The notes below the pieces were generated by a model that made no database searches, had not been told where the DNA came from, and saw nothing but the letters and a program-made list of their open reading frames with translations. Shown here in pieces: positions 49,069 to 57,787 of a DNA stretch of 64,000 nucleotides. The stretch spans positions 1-64,000 of the forward strand of contig DBMJ01000016.1 in assembly GCA_002298125.1 (NCBI GenBank), written 5' to 3'. This DNA is from Clostridium sp. UBA701. GTDB taxonomy: Bacteria; Bacillota; Clostridia; Clostridiales; Clostridiaceae. A program made the translations under genes and the position numbers. Within the stretch, counting starts at the first letter, position 1. Each line of letters begins with the position of its first letter.

Positions 49069-52000
49069 ATGGCCTTTCCATTAAATGATGAACAGCTTCA
49101 GGCACTAAATATAGAAGAAAACATTTCACTATCAGCAGGAGCAGGTTCAGGGAAAACCAGGGTGCTTACAGAGAGATATATAAAGCTTCTAGAGGAGGAC
49201 AGTGAGGCTGATATTCTAAACATAGTGGCCATAACCTTCACCAATAAGGCTGCCCTAGAGATGAAGGACAGGGTGAGAAAGGCTATCCTCGTAAAGCTTG
49301 AGGAGTCTAAGAGTGAGGAGAGAAAGCTTTGGCAGCAAAGACTAGATGCGCTTAGTGAAGCACATATTAATACCATCCACGGGTTCTGTGGAGAAATAAT
49401 AAGAGAGCAGGCAGAAGAGCTAAACATAAGCCCAAGCTACTCTATTATAGATGCTGTAGAAAAGGAGCTGCTGCTTAGAGAAATCTTCACTAAGGTGGTA
49501 GCGGAAAGTCTTATTAAGGAGGACTTTAAAGAGGCTGTGGCAGAAATGGTGGAGCTCTATGGAGGAGAGTACCTTCAAAGGAAGGGCAGCTGTAATATTT
49601 ATAAAGATCTTCATAGGCTTCGGGAAAAGCTTTTAGAGAGAGGTCAGCTTAACAAAGAGCTTTTAAAAGCAGTTCAGCCTGAAAGCATGGAGCATTTTGT
49701 AATTTATATTCTGCTTAAGGTAGAGGAGCGCTATACAAAGAGCAAGAGAGAAAAAGACCTAATGGACTTTAATGATATGGAGCTTTTGTGTTATTCTGCT
49801 ATGCAGATAAAGGACATTAAAGAATACTATAAAAATAGATATAAAAGATTTCTAGTAGATGAATTTCAGGATACCAATGAACTTCAAAAGAAGATATTAT
49901 TTTCCTTTATTGAGGATGAGGATGGAATGCCTATGGATAAACGCCTCTTTGTAGTAGGAGATGTAAAGCAGTCCATATACCGCTTCCGTGGAGCAGATAT
50001 GCAGGTGTTTAATAGGGTAAGGGCAGAGCTTCCTGAAAACAGCAGAAAAAGTCTTCATATCTGCTACAGATGCCACCCCTCTATTGTAAAGGGAGTAAAC
50101 CAAATATTTAAAAAGCTTATGGCAGGCTATGAAGAACTTCAATCTGAAAGCGTGGAAGAGGATAAAAGAATTACCCTGCTCACCTATGAGGAGGAAGCAG
50201 AGGAAAAAGCAGATATCTACAGTGGCATAAAGGAGCTATATAAAACAGAGGATGAAGAGCATATGGAGGAGCTTAAGCTCAAGCTTAAGACCTTTTTAGA
50301 GGATATTAAAAATACAAAGCCCACAGAAGCTAAGGAAGGAGAGGCAGTGTTAAAGGCTGTCTATCATCTTAGAAATTGCGGCTTAGCCTATAGAGATATG
50401 GCGGTGCTTGTACGAAGCCGCTCCTCCCTGGCTGTACTGGAGGAGACTTTTATCAAGTATAAAATACCTTACTGTATCATAGGAGGAAAGGGCTTTTACA
50501 ATAAACAGGAGGTAATAGATATATTAAATCTATATAAGCTATCCATAGGGGATACTATTTCTAACGCAGAGCTTATTAGTGTGCTTAGAAGCCCCTTGTT
50601 TTCCATATCTGATGCAGCCCTTCTAAGAGGCAGGGTAGAGGCCATAGAACAGAAGGATATGGAGTTTTTAGAGGCTTTGGATTTAGCCTCGGAAACCCTT
50701 GAAGAAGAGAAGGAAAAGATTAATGCTGCCATAGGGGTCATTAGAGATTTACGCAGGGAGAGTGCAAATTGCAGTACTGTGCAGCTTCTAAAGTATATCT
50801 ATGATAAGACAGGAGTATGGAATAGATATATCTCACTAGAGCAGGGACTTCAGAAATACAGAAATCTAGAACAGCTATTACAGTGTGCAGAGGAATTTGA
50901 TAATAGGAAGCTGTTTTCACCTCAGGAGTTTATGGAATATATGACTCTTATGGCGGAGTACAGCAAGGAAGATGGAGAAGCTGCCCTAGACACAGAGGAT
51001 TCAGAGGCAATTAAGGTAATGACCATTCATGCCTCAAAGGGGTTGGAGTTTAAGGGAGTTATAATGCCCTCTCTAAACAAGAATTTACTGTATAATATAA
51101 ACAATGGGAAAAACAATTTTCTATACCAGGAGGATAATATAATAGCCTTTGACCGTTCAGCTAAGCAGGATGAAGCTTCTGACTTTCAGACTGGCAAGGC
51201 TCAAGAGGTTGAAAAGGAACTGCAGGAAGCAGTAAGAGTTTTTTATGTGGCTGTAACTCGTGCCATAGAACAGGTGGTGCTCATAGCACAGAGAGATGAA
51301 AAGTTGGAGGAGAAGCTTCAAAATGAAGCCTCCCTTAAGCCTGAGGACATCTATGGAAGCTACTATGCACAGCTTCTTTATGCCATTAATAGTGCTGGGG
51401 ATATTCCTGGTTTTCAAAGCCTAAGCATAGATGAGGTAGAGCTTAGGGAAGAAGCAGCTAAGGAGTACTATTTGCCTCAGGAGGATATTATAGTGCCAGA
51501 AGGAGTTGATTATAACTGTGAGGTGGTGCCACGTATTTTTTCCTCTGCCAGCAGCTATATGAGCTATAAACGCTGCCCTCTGGAGTATTATCTTAGTCGT
51601 GAATTGGCCTTTGCCCTGGACTTTTTAGAGGACAACAATGGTGAAGAGGAAAAGGAAGCTATAGAGGAGAGAGAACAGTCTTATGAGGGACTTACGGCAA
51701 TTGAGAAGGGACACATTATCCACAGTGTGTTAGAGCAGCTTGCAGTTAAGCCTGAATTAAGGGAGGAGGAGCTTCAGGAGTTTATTATAAGAGCTTCAGA
51801 GGAGGAGCTTGGTTATGAAAGCTATAATGAAGATATAGCCTCTGAAATAAAGCCCTATATTGATAGCTTTGTGAAGCTTGAAAAAAGCAGCAGGTTTAGT
51901 GCATTTACTCCCCTTTCAATCTTGTGTGAGGCTCAGTATACCTTTGCTCCACTTGAGGATAGGAAGCTAATATTAACTGGTGCCATAGATCGCCTTAGGC

Positions 52001-52326
52001 TTTATGAAATGGATGGAAAACTTGTGGCGGTTATTACGGATTATAAGAGTAACAACCTAAGAGATAGAGAGGAAGCAGAAATCACTGCTAAAAAATATCT
52101 TCCACAGATGCTCTTATACGGCCTTGCAGTTAAGACACTGTTTTCACATAAGGGAAGAAGTGTGGATGAGATTATTCTGCAGCTTTATTTCTTGAAGCCT
52201 GGAGAGGAAATTAAATTGAATTTTGATGAAAAAGAAGCACTGGTGCTGGTTGATGAGATGGATAGGATATTTAAGTCCATGGCGTTAAATAAGATAGAGG
52301 ATTTACAAGTGACAAGTGACAAGTGA
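49069..52326 (+). CDS. rexA: helicase-nuclease subunit A, RexA/AddA type (UvrD-like SF1 helicase + C-terminal PD-(D/E)xK nuclease)
   Basis: Start at ATG 49069 with GGGGAGGG RBS (ORF track extends to 48997); Walker A AGAGSGKTRVL, UvrD motifs, C-terminal GAIDRL..ITDYK nuclease motif; the stop codon lies inside the heptamer repeat. Confidence 0.85.
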   Translation: MAFPLNDEQLQALNIEENISLSAGAGSGKTRVLTERYIKLLEEDSEADILNIVAITFTNKAALEMKDRVRKAILVKLEESKSEERKLWQQRLDALSEAHINTIHGFCGEIIREQAEELNISPSYSIIDAVEKELLLREIFTKVVAESLIKEDFKEAVAEMVELYGGEYLQRKGSCNIYKDLHRLREKLLERGQLNKELLKAVQPESMEHFVIYILLKVEERYTKSKREKDLMDFNDMELLCYSAMQIKDIKEYYKNRYKRFLVDEFQDTNELQKKILFSFIEDEDGMPMDKRLFVVGDVKQSIYRFRGADMQVFNRVRAELPENSRKSLHICYRCHPSIVKGVNQIFKKLMAGYEELQSESVEEDKRITLLTYEEEAEEKADIYSGIKELYKTEDEEHMEELKLKLKTFLEDIKNTKPTEAKEGEAVLKAVYHLRNCGLAYRDMAVLVRSRSSLAVLEETFIKYKIPYCIIGGKGFYNKQEVIDILNLYKLSIGDTISNAELISVLRSPLFSISDAALLRGRVEAIEQKDMEFLEALDLASETLEEEKEKINAAIGVIRDLRRESANCSTVQLLKYIYDKTGVWNRYISLEQGLQKYRNLEQLLQCAEEFDNRKLFSPQEFMEYMTLMAEYSKEDGEAALDTEDSEAIKVMTIHASKGLEFKGVIMPSLNKNLLYNINNGKNNFLYQEDNIIAFDRSAKQDEASDFQTGKAQEVEKELQEAVRVFYVAVTRAIEQVVLIAQRDEKLEEKLQNEASLKPEDIYGSYYAQLLYAINSAGDIPGFQSLSIDEVELREEAAKEYYLPQEDIIVPEGVDYNCEVVPRIFSSASSYMSYKRCPLEYYLSRELAFALDFLEDNNGEEEKEAIEEREQSYEGLTAIEKGHIIHSVLEQLAVKPELREEELQEFIIRASEEELGYESYNEDIASEIKPYIDSFVKLEKSSRFSAFTPLSILCEAQYTFAPLEDRKLILTGAIDRLRLYEMDGKLVAVITDYKSNNLRDREEAEITAKKYLPQMLLYGLAVKTLFSHKGRSVDEIILQLYFLKPGEEIKLNFDEKEALVLVDEMDRIFKSMALNKIEDLQVTSDK

Positions 52327-52838
52327 CAAGTGGCAAGTGGCAAGTGGCAAGTGACAAGTGGCAAGTGACAAGGGAGAAGGGACAAGTTACAAGTGACAAG
52401 TTAAAAGTGAAGAAGTGACAAGTTACAAGTGAAGAGGGAAGAGGGACAAGGGACAAGTGAGAAAGTGACAAGTGGGAAAGTGACAAGTGACAAGTTACAA
52501 GTGAAGAAGTGAAGAAGTGGAGAAGTGGCAAGTGACAAGTGACAAGTGAAGAGTGAAGAGTGAAGAAGTAAGAAGTTATGAAGTGACAAGTGACAAGTGA
52601 CAAGTGACAAGTGACAAGTTATGAAGTGACAAGTGACAAGTGACAAGTGGCAAGTGACAAGTGAGAAAGTGACAAGTGACAAGTGACAAGTGGCAAGTTG
52701 CAAGTTGCAAGTTAAAAGTGAAGAAGTGAAGAAGTGAAGAAGTGAAGAAGTAAGAAGTAAGAGGTAAGAAGGAAGAGGGAAAAGTTAAGAGGGAAAAGTT
52801 AAGAGGGAAAAGTTAATAGTTAAAAGTGACAAGTTGTG
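52305..52838. repeat. ~530-bp microsatellite of heptamer/octamer units (GACAAGT, GGCAAGT, GAAGAAGT, GAAGAGT, GGGAAAAGTTAAGAG x3), ~75 units
   Basis: seen directly: long runs gacaagtgacaagtgacaagt..., gaagaagtgaagaagt...; plus strand is almost devoid of C; minus strand open in all frames. Confidence 0.9.
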
Positions 52839-53153
52839 GGTTGTGCAAATAATTTTGTGTATTCTATTTCTATTGGCAAATAATTAGGATATCAAATTGT
52901 TTGACCGTAATGTTAAATTTTGTCGATAAATCTTTAGCTGCATCATTAATATTATAGTAGATTATTCTTACTGCTTAAGTTAATATACAACATCTTTACC
53001 ATTAACAGGATAGGCCAATGCTGAGGAGCAACCTGAGCGGTTACTGGAGTTCTCTGAATAGGAACGGATGGTCTTTTGATCATCCTTTTCTCGTTCCTGG
53101 GAGAACTAAAGCGATAAACCTCTGGGGTTTGGGGACAGAGTCCCCAAGTTATG

Positions 53154-53472
53154 CCTACTTTCTTAAGATATCTTCAAATAGGATATTGAGTTGACTTACT
53201 ACAAGATCCCAGTTTGAACACACTCTACTCCACTTGTTGCTAATCTTTTCAGTAGATAGATATAGCATCTTCATAAGACTCTCGTCATTAGGGAATATAA
53301 GCTTTGTCTTAGTAACCTTTCTAAATTGGCTATTAAGGCCTTCTATAGCATTTGTGGTATTATCCCGATATCGGTATAGTTATTTTTTTGGCATTAGAGG
53401 TATACATAATCGTACGAATATATTCACAATGGAGAATACTACCATAGAATTCTTGAGGAAAAGGTTTAGTAT
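53154..53472 (-). pseudogene. IS256-family transposase, 3'-terminal remnant (~105 codons, one frameshift)
   Basis: Minus-strand translation gives EYIRTIMYTSNAKK / YRYRDNTTNAIEGLNSQFRKVTKTKLIFPNDESLMKMLYLSTEKISNKWSRVCSNWDLVVSQLNILFEDILRK*, matching the conserved IS256 C-terminus (IYTTNAIE.LN..R...K....FP...L.K.LYL.....KW....W) as recalled; no N-terminal DDE region, no inverted repeats. Confidence 0.7.
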
Positions 53473-53482
53473 AAAGTAAAGG

Positions 53483-53592
53483 GCCTGTTTAGAGGATTTG
53501 CTCGCTAAACAGGCTCTGTTCTTTAACAGGCCATGCTCTCTAAACAAGCTCTGCACTCTAAACAAGCTCTGCTCTCTAAACAGGCACTGCTA
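53483..53592. repeat. 3' UTR element: three perfect + two degenerate 18-bp direct repeats (CTCTAAACAAGCTCTGCW) and a 10-bp-stem hairpin (GCCTGTTTAG/CTAAACAGGC)
   Basis: seen directly at 53538-53591 (3x18 bp) and 53483-53514 (hairpin); lies immediately 3' of the minus-strand small-protein gene stop, so the hairpin probably acts as its terminator. Confidence 0.6.
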
Positions 53593-53990
53593 ATACAAGG
53601 GGGCTTTGCGGTTTAATTCCATTTGATTTTTTCTGTGCTCTTGTTTTTCCTTGGTGCTTTCAAGGGTTAATTCGTCCATTCGGGAGGCATTGTGATCTAG
53701 GTAGTTGTTAGCGTAGGTGTAATTTTTCAGCAGGTTATCATTTTCATCCACCTGCTCATGGATACCATAGGCGATGATGTTTTTTAGGTTTGCAATTTCA
53801 GCTTTTCTCTCCTCTTGAATTTTTAAGGTATGCTTTACGTCATCAAGAGTAGATTTTGCCAGATTTTCTTCTAGATGTTTTTCTGTACGAGTATATTTTT
53901 CCACTACATCGATAAGCTGCTCAATTCTTCTAGCATTGGATTTTTTATGCTCCTTATAAGAATCAGGCTGCTCTTTGTCACCATTCATAT
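53590..53990 (-). CDS. small highly charged coiled-coil protein (possible spore-associated/Tlp-like small protein)
   Basis: Start chosen at ATG 53990 (MNGDKEQPDSYKEHKK...), with AGGAGG RBS 8 nt upstream; the ORF-track extension to 54099 is unsupported; Lys/Glu-rich, no family confidently recognised. Confidence 0.45.
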
Positions 53991-54055
53991 AAATCCTCCT
54001 TTGACCCACTGTACTGCTTAGATATATGAAAAAAAGTGAAGAATGAAAATAAATA

Positions 54056-54100
54056 GAGGGCTCACTTATATTTTTAGCATAAGGAGCCCTAAAATACATG
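54056..54100 (-). terminator. probable nagA terminator hairpin (AGGGCTC...GAGCCCT)
   Basis: 7-bp stem with A/T flanks downstream of nagA and of the 15-bp repeats. Confidence 0.4.
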
Positions 54101-54120
54101 GGAAATATTGTTTTTTCAAA

Positions 54121-54255
54121 TTATAAATTATAGCTTTATAAACTATATCTTTATAAACTGTTGCTTTACAAACTGTTGCTTTACAAACTATAGCTTTATA
54201 AGCTGTTGCTTTATAAACTATAACTTTATAAGCTTTCCATTTACAATAACAAGCT
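54121..54255. repeat. nine tandem copies of a 15-bp AT-rich unit (TTATAAACTATAGCT consensus)
   Basis: seen directly: ttataaattatagct ttataaactatatct ttataaactgttgct ttacaaactgttgct ttacaaactatagct ttataagctgttgct ttataaactataact ttataagctttccat ttacaataacaagct; overlaps last ~12 codons of nagA. Confidence 0.85.
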
Positions 54256-55351
54256 TAATGTTTATATCCTCATCAAAGAGCACTAAGTCTGCATCATAAC
54301 CCTCTGCTATCAGTCCCTTTTGGTTTTCTACTCCACAGTGTACTGCAGCATTGTAGGTAGCCATTTTAACCACCTCATAAAGAGGATAATTGGTATTTTT
54401 GTATACGTTGGAGATAGCTTTATCTAAAGTGAGAATGGAGCCTGCCAGTGAACCAGTAGCAATTCTTGCAGCACCTTCCGTTACAAATACGTCTTGACCG
54501 CCAAGGGAGTATTTGCCCTCACCTAAGGTACATGCCATCATGGCATCTGTAACCAATATGGTCTTATCAAGGCCTTTTTGCTTAAAGGCTACTCTAAGAG
54601 ATGGGTATGCTATATGAATGCCGTCTGCAATGGTCTCTGTGGTTATATCACTATCAAATATTGCACCTACCACTCCAGGCTTTCTATGATGAAGAGGAGT
54701 CATGGCATTAAATAAATGAGTGGAGTGGCTAACTCCCTTTGCTATTGCAGAAGAGGCTTCTTCGTAGGTAGCATTTGTATGTCCCATGGATACCACTACA
54801 CCAAGGGAATGGGCATATTCAATGAGTTCAAGTGCACCCTCTACCTCTGGAGCTAGGGTTATACAGCTAATATCCTCTATATGCTCCTTGGCAATATAGT
54901 CAAAGGTCTCCTTTGAGGGCTTTTCTACGTATTTAGGGTTTTGTGCACCTATCATATTGGGACTAATAAAGGGGCCTTCAAGGTGAAGTCCCAATATTTG
55001 AGCTCCTTCTGTACCCACCTTCTTAGCTTCTGCTGCTGCTTCTACAGAATTTTTAATATCCTCTAAGGCTACCGTCATAGTAGTTGGAAGAAAGGAAGTG
55101 GTACCGTGCTTTACAATGGCCTTTGAAATTTCATTTAATGCTTCATAGGTACCATCCATGGTATCATATCCTGCGGCTCCATGAATATGCACATCTATAA
55201 AGCCAGGAGAGAGATAATTACCTTGGCCGTCAATTATTTCTTCACCATATAAGTCTGTGGGATTAAGCTCTACTATCTTTCCATTTCTTACTCTAAGAGC
55301 TCCTTCTTCTATTCCATCCTTTAAAATCAGTTTACAATTAGTTATTATCAT
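54218..55351 (-). CDS. nagA: N-acetylglucosamine-6-phosphate deacetylase
   Basis: 377 aa; GFIDVHIHGAAG metal-binding motif and overall NagA pattern. Confidence 0.85.
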   Translation of the reverse strand: MIITNCKLILKDGIEEGALRVRNGKIVELNPTDLYGEEIIDGQGNYLSPGFIDVHIHGAAGYDTMDGTYEALNEISKAIVKHGTTSFLPTTMTVALEDIKNSVEAAAEAKKVGTEGAQILGLHLEGPFISPNMIGAQNPKYVEKPSKETFDYIAKEHIEDISCITLAPEVEGALELIEYAHSLGVVVSMGHTNATYEEASSAIAKGVSHSTHLFNAMTPLHHRKPGVVGAIFDSDITTETIADGIHIAYPSLRVAFKQKGLDKTILVTDAMMACTLGEGKYSLGGQDVFVTEGAARIATGSLAGSILTLDKAISNVYKNTNYPLYEVVKMATYNAAVHCGVENQKGLIAEGYDADLVLFDEDINIKLVIVNGKLIKL

Positions 55352-55523
55352 AATATGTGGGAAAAACCCGCACCTCCTTTAATTAAACCTGATGTCTAAT
55401 TAAATTATACTCCTATTTTTATATAGATGTCTAGACCAGTTGTTTACAATAAAAATGCAAAGTGTTATAATTATTTTAAAATAATATGTAATTTGCACCG
55501 GTATATTGCTGGGAGGGAAGATT

Positions 55524-56246
55524 ATGATTGATAAATACAGTGCTATTCCCGTGTATTTTCAAATTAAAGAGGATATAAAAAATAAAATTCTTCAAGGTCA
55601 TTGGGGTCCTGGACAATGTATAGATAGTGAAAGAGAAATTTCAGAGCATTACGGTGTCAGCCGAATGACTGTAAGACAGGCTATAGGTGAGCTGGTGAAG
55701 GAAGGAATACTTCTTCGAGAAAAGGGAAGAGGAACCTTTGTATGTGAAACTAGGATAACTCAGCACAACATCATGAGCTTTACGGAAATGACTGAGAAAA
55801 GCGGGCTTACGGCAGAAACAGTACTGCTTGATGTGTGCGCCTTAGAAGGGGACGAGGAGCTAGCAGAGCTCTTTGGAACAAAAGAGCTTCTTAGGATTCA
55901 GAGACTAAGGAAGGCAGATGATACAGTCATAGGCTTTGAGCAGGTGTATATACCAGAAAAAACACTAGGAGATACTAAGAAAGAGGAACTACAAGGCTCA
56001 CTCTTTAAGCTTTTAGAGGAAAGAGGAAGATTAATTGCAACCTCCCATGCCTTTATTAAGGCTGTGGAAACTCCAGCCTCTCTTTTGGAGATTTTTAGTG
56101 CTGAGGAAGTAAGTGCACTGCTTATGACCAACAGCTCCTATTATGATGAGGGCGGAGAGCTTATTTTTGTAGAGGAATCCTACTATAATGGTGAAAAATT
56201 TACCTTGGAGGTTAATATAGCAAAAAAGCAGGGAATGATACTTTAA
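55524..56246 (+). CDS. GntR-family transcriptional regulator with UTRA effector domain (NagR/YvoA-like)
   Basis: HTH SEREISEHYGVSRMTVRQAIGELVKEG; ATG 55524 with GGGAGGG RBS (the ORF track starts at TTG 55506). Confidence 0.8.
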   Translation: MIDKYSAIPVYFQIKEDIKNKILQGHWGPGQCIDSEREISEHYGVSRMTVRQAIGELVKEGILLREKGRGTFVCETRITQHNIMSFTEMTEKSGLTAETVLLDVCALEGDEELAELFGTKELLRIQRLRKADDTVIGFEQVYIPEKTLGDTKKEELQGSLFKLLEERGRLIATSHAFIKAVETPASLLEIFSAEEVSALLMTNSSYYDEGGELIFVEESYYNGEKFTLEVNIAKKQGMIL

Positions 56247-56328
56247 GCATAAGAGGTTAAATTAAAATTTTTATATAAAAAGAGGTATAGACATCTATAA
56301 TACTAGAGTGAAATAGGAGGAAAAAATC

Positions 56329-57099
56329 ATGAAATTGATAATTACGAAGAACTACGAAGAGATGAGCTTATATGGAGCAAAGCAAATAGTGGAGCTGGTA
56401 TCAAAAAAGCCGGATTGTATATTAGGACTTGCCACTGGCAGCACTCCTGAAGGACTATATGCAAAGGTTATAGAGGCCTATAAAAGAGGAGAGGTGGATT
56501 TTTCAAAGGTCAGCAGCTTTAATCTGGATGAATATGTGGGCCTTAGCGGAGAGCATCCTCAAAGCTATAGGTATTTTATGAATGATAAGCTTTTTAATCA
56601 TGTAAATATAGATAAGAGTAAGACTCGTGTGCCTAACGGAAAGACAGACAATGCAGAAGAGGAATGTTTAAGCTATGATAGAAGCATAACAGAAGCAGGG
56701 GGCATAGACCTTCAGCTCCTAGGCATAGGTACTAATGGACACATAGGCTTTAACGAGCCCTCAGACTCCTTAAACTTATGCACTCATGTAACCAATCTAG
56801 CACTAGATACTATAAAGGCTAATTCTAGATTCTTCTCAAGTGAGGCGGAGGTTCCAAAGCAGGCTATCACTATGGGACTTGGAAGCATAATGCAGGCCAA
56901 GAGCATATTGCTTTTAGCTAGCGGAGTAAAAAAGGCTCCAATTATTTCAAAGCTTGTAGCTGGAAGTATCAGCACCCAGGTACCTGCCTCAGTGCTGCAG
57001 CTTCATAAGGATGTAACTGTAATAGTAGATACTGATGCAGCCTCAGAGCTAAACCTTGAGGAAATCCCGGAAAATGTAGAGATAATAAGGGTTAAATAA
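56329..57099 (+). CDS. nagB: glucosamine-6-phosphate deaminase
   Basis: 256 aa; LGLATGSTP and GIGTNGHIGFNEP motifs. Confidence 0.9.
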   Translation: MKLIITKNYEEMSLYGAKQIVELVSKKPDCILGLATGSTPEGLYAKVIEAYKRGEVDFSKVSSFNLDEYVGLSGEHPQSYRYFMNDKLFNHVNIDKSKTRVPNGKTDNAEEECLSYDRSITEAGGIDLQLLGIGTNGHIGFNEPSDSLNLCTHVTNLALDTIKANSRFFSSEAEVPKQAITMGLGSIMQAKSILLLASGVKKAPIISKLVAGSISTQVPASVLQLHKDVTVIVDTDAASELNLEEIPENVEIIRVK

Positions 57100-57599
57100 A
57101 AGTAGGATGCCTTTTCAATTTATCCCAACAATTAAACCATTGACACCTTCTGCCTTATATATCTTTAGCCAACTTTAATTAGCTTCTCCGTATGTTTAAA
57201 CAACACTATTTTCGTATTTTAAGGATGTGAGGTGCAATATCAATTTCTAGAAGATGTTGTATAATGCCCCAAAATAATGCTCAATAAATAGTAAGAATAT
57301 TATGAATAGTAATTGTAAATATTTGTCTTATACGTTATTATTAGCATAAGAGAATGCGAAGGAGTTGATTAAATGTAACTCATTTTGCAAGGAAAACAGG
57401 AACGAATACAATTGAATCAAAATGGGGAAGTTATGAGGCAGTCAAAAACAATTGTATAGGAACGTTTGATGCATTTCTTACTGCTGATTATGGAAAGCCT
57501 TTAGCATATTTCAAATTTCAATAATATCATGTAATAGAGTTTCAAAATTAAAAGGATGAATTTTTATATTTACGAAAATTATTATGAGGAGGTTAGTAT

Positions 57600-57758
57600 A
57601 TGATAAAAAAGTTAAATTTGAAAGTTGTTCTGATTACCTTTTCTATTATAACGTTAGGTATATTTGCAGGCTTCAAATATACTCAAACCTTAGCCTCAAG
57701 AAATATTGATAATGAAATGAAGAGTTTAGTTAATAAAAAAAGGTACAGGCATGGATAA
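57600..57758 (+). CDS. N-terminal signal-peptide segment (52 aa) of a gene interrupted at a poly-A(7) tract
   Basis: GAGGAGG RBS 7 nt upstream; MIKKLNLKVVLITFSIITLGIFAGFK signal/TM; frame ends 5 codons after A7 at 57735-57741. Confidence 0.35.
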   Translation: MIKKLNLKVVLITFSIITLGIFAGFKYTQTLASRNIDNEMKSLVNKKRYRHG

Positions 57759-57787
57759 CCTATTATGAAAGTAATGATAGAATATTA

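Noticed and set aside
52185-52703. Three overlapping minus-strand ORFs (66-110 aa) encoding LVTCHLS-type heptad peptide repeats
   Set aside because: They arise only because the ACTTGTC heptamer has no stop codon in any frame. They have no RBS, overlap each other and the addA 3' end, and the frame is arbitrary, so they are artefacts of the microsatellite.
53234-53479. Plus-strand 81-aa ORF
   Set aside because: It lies antisense to the IS256 transposase remnant, has low-complexity composition and no RBS, so it is spurious.
52305-54255. Possible CRISPR array given the many direct repeats
   Set aside because: Repeat units are 7-18 bp with no unique spacers of 25-40 bp, and no cas genes are present. 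These are micro/minisatellites, not CRISPR.
54108-54299. Plus-strand 63-aa ORF (FINYxF repeats)
   Set aside because: It is a translation of the 15-bp tandem repeat array and overlaps the nagA 3' end.
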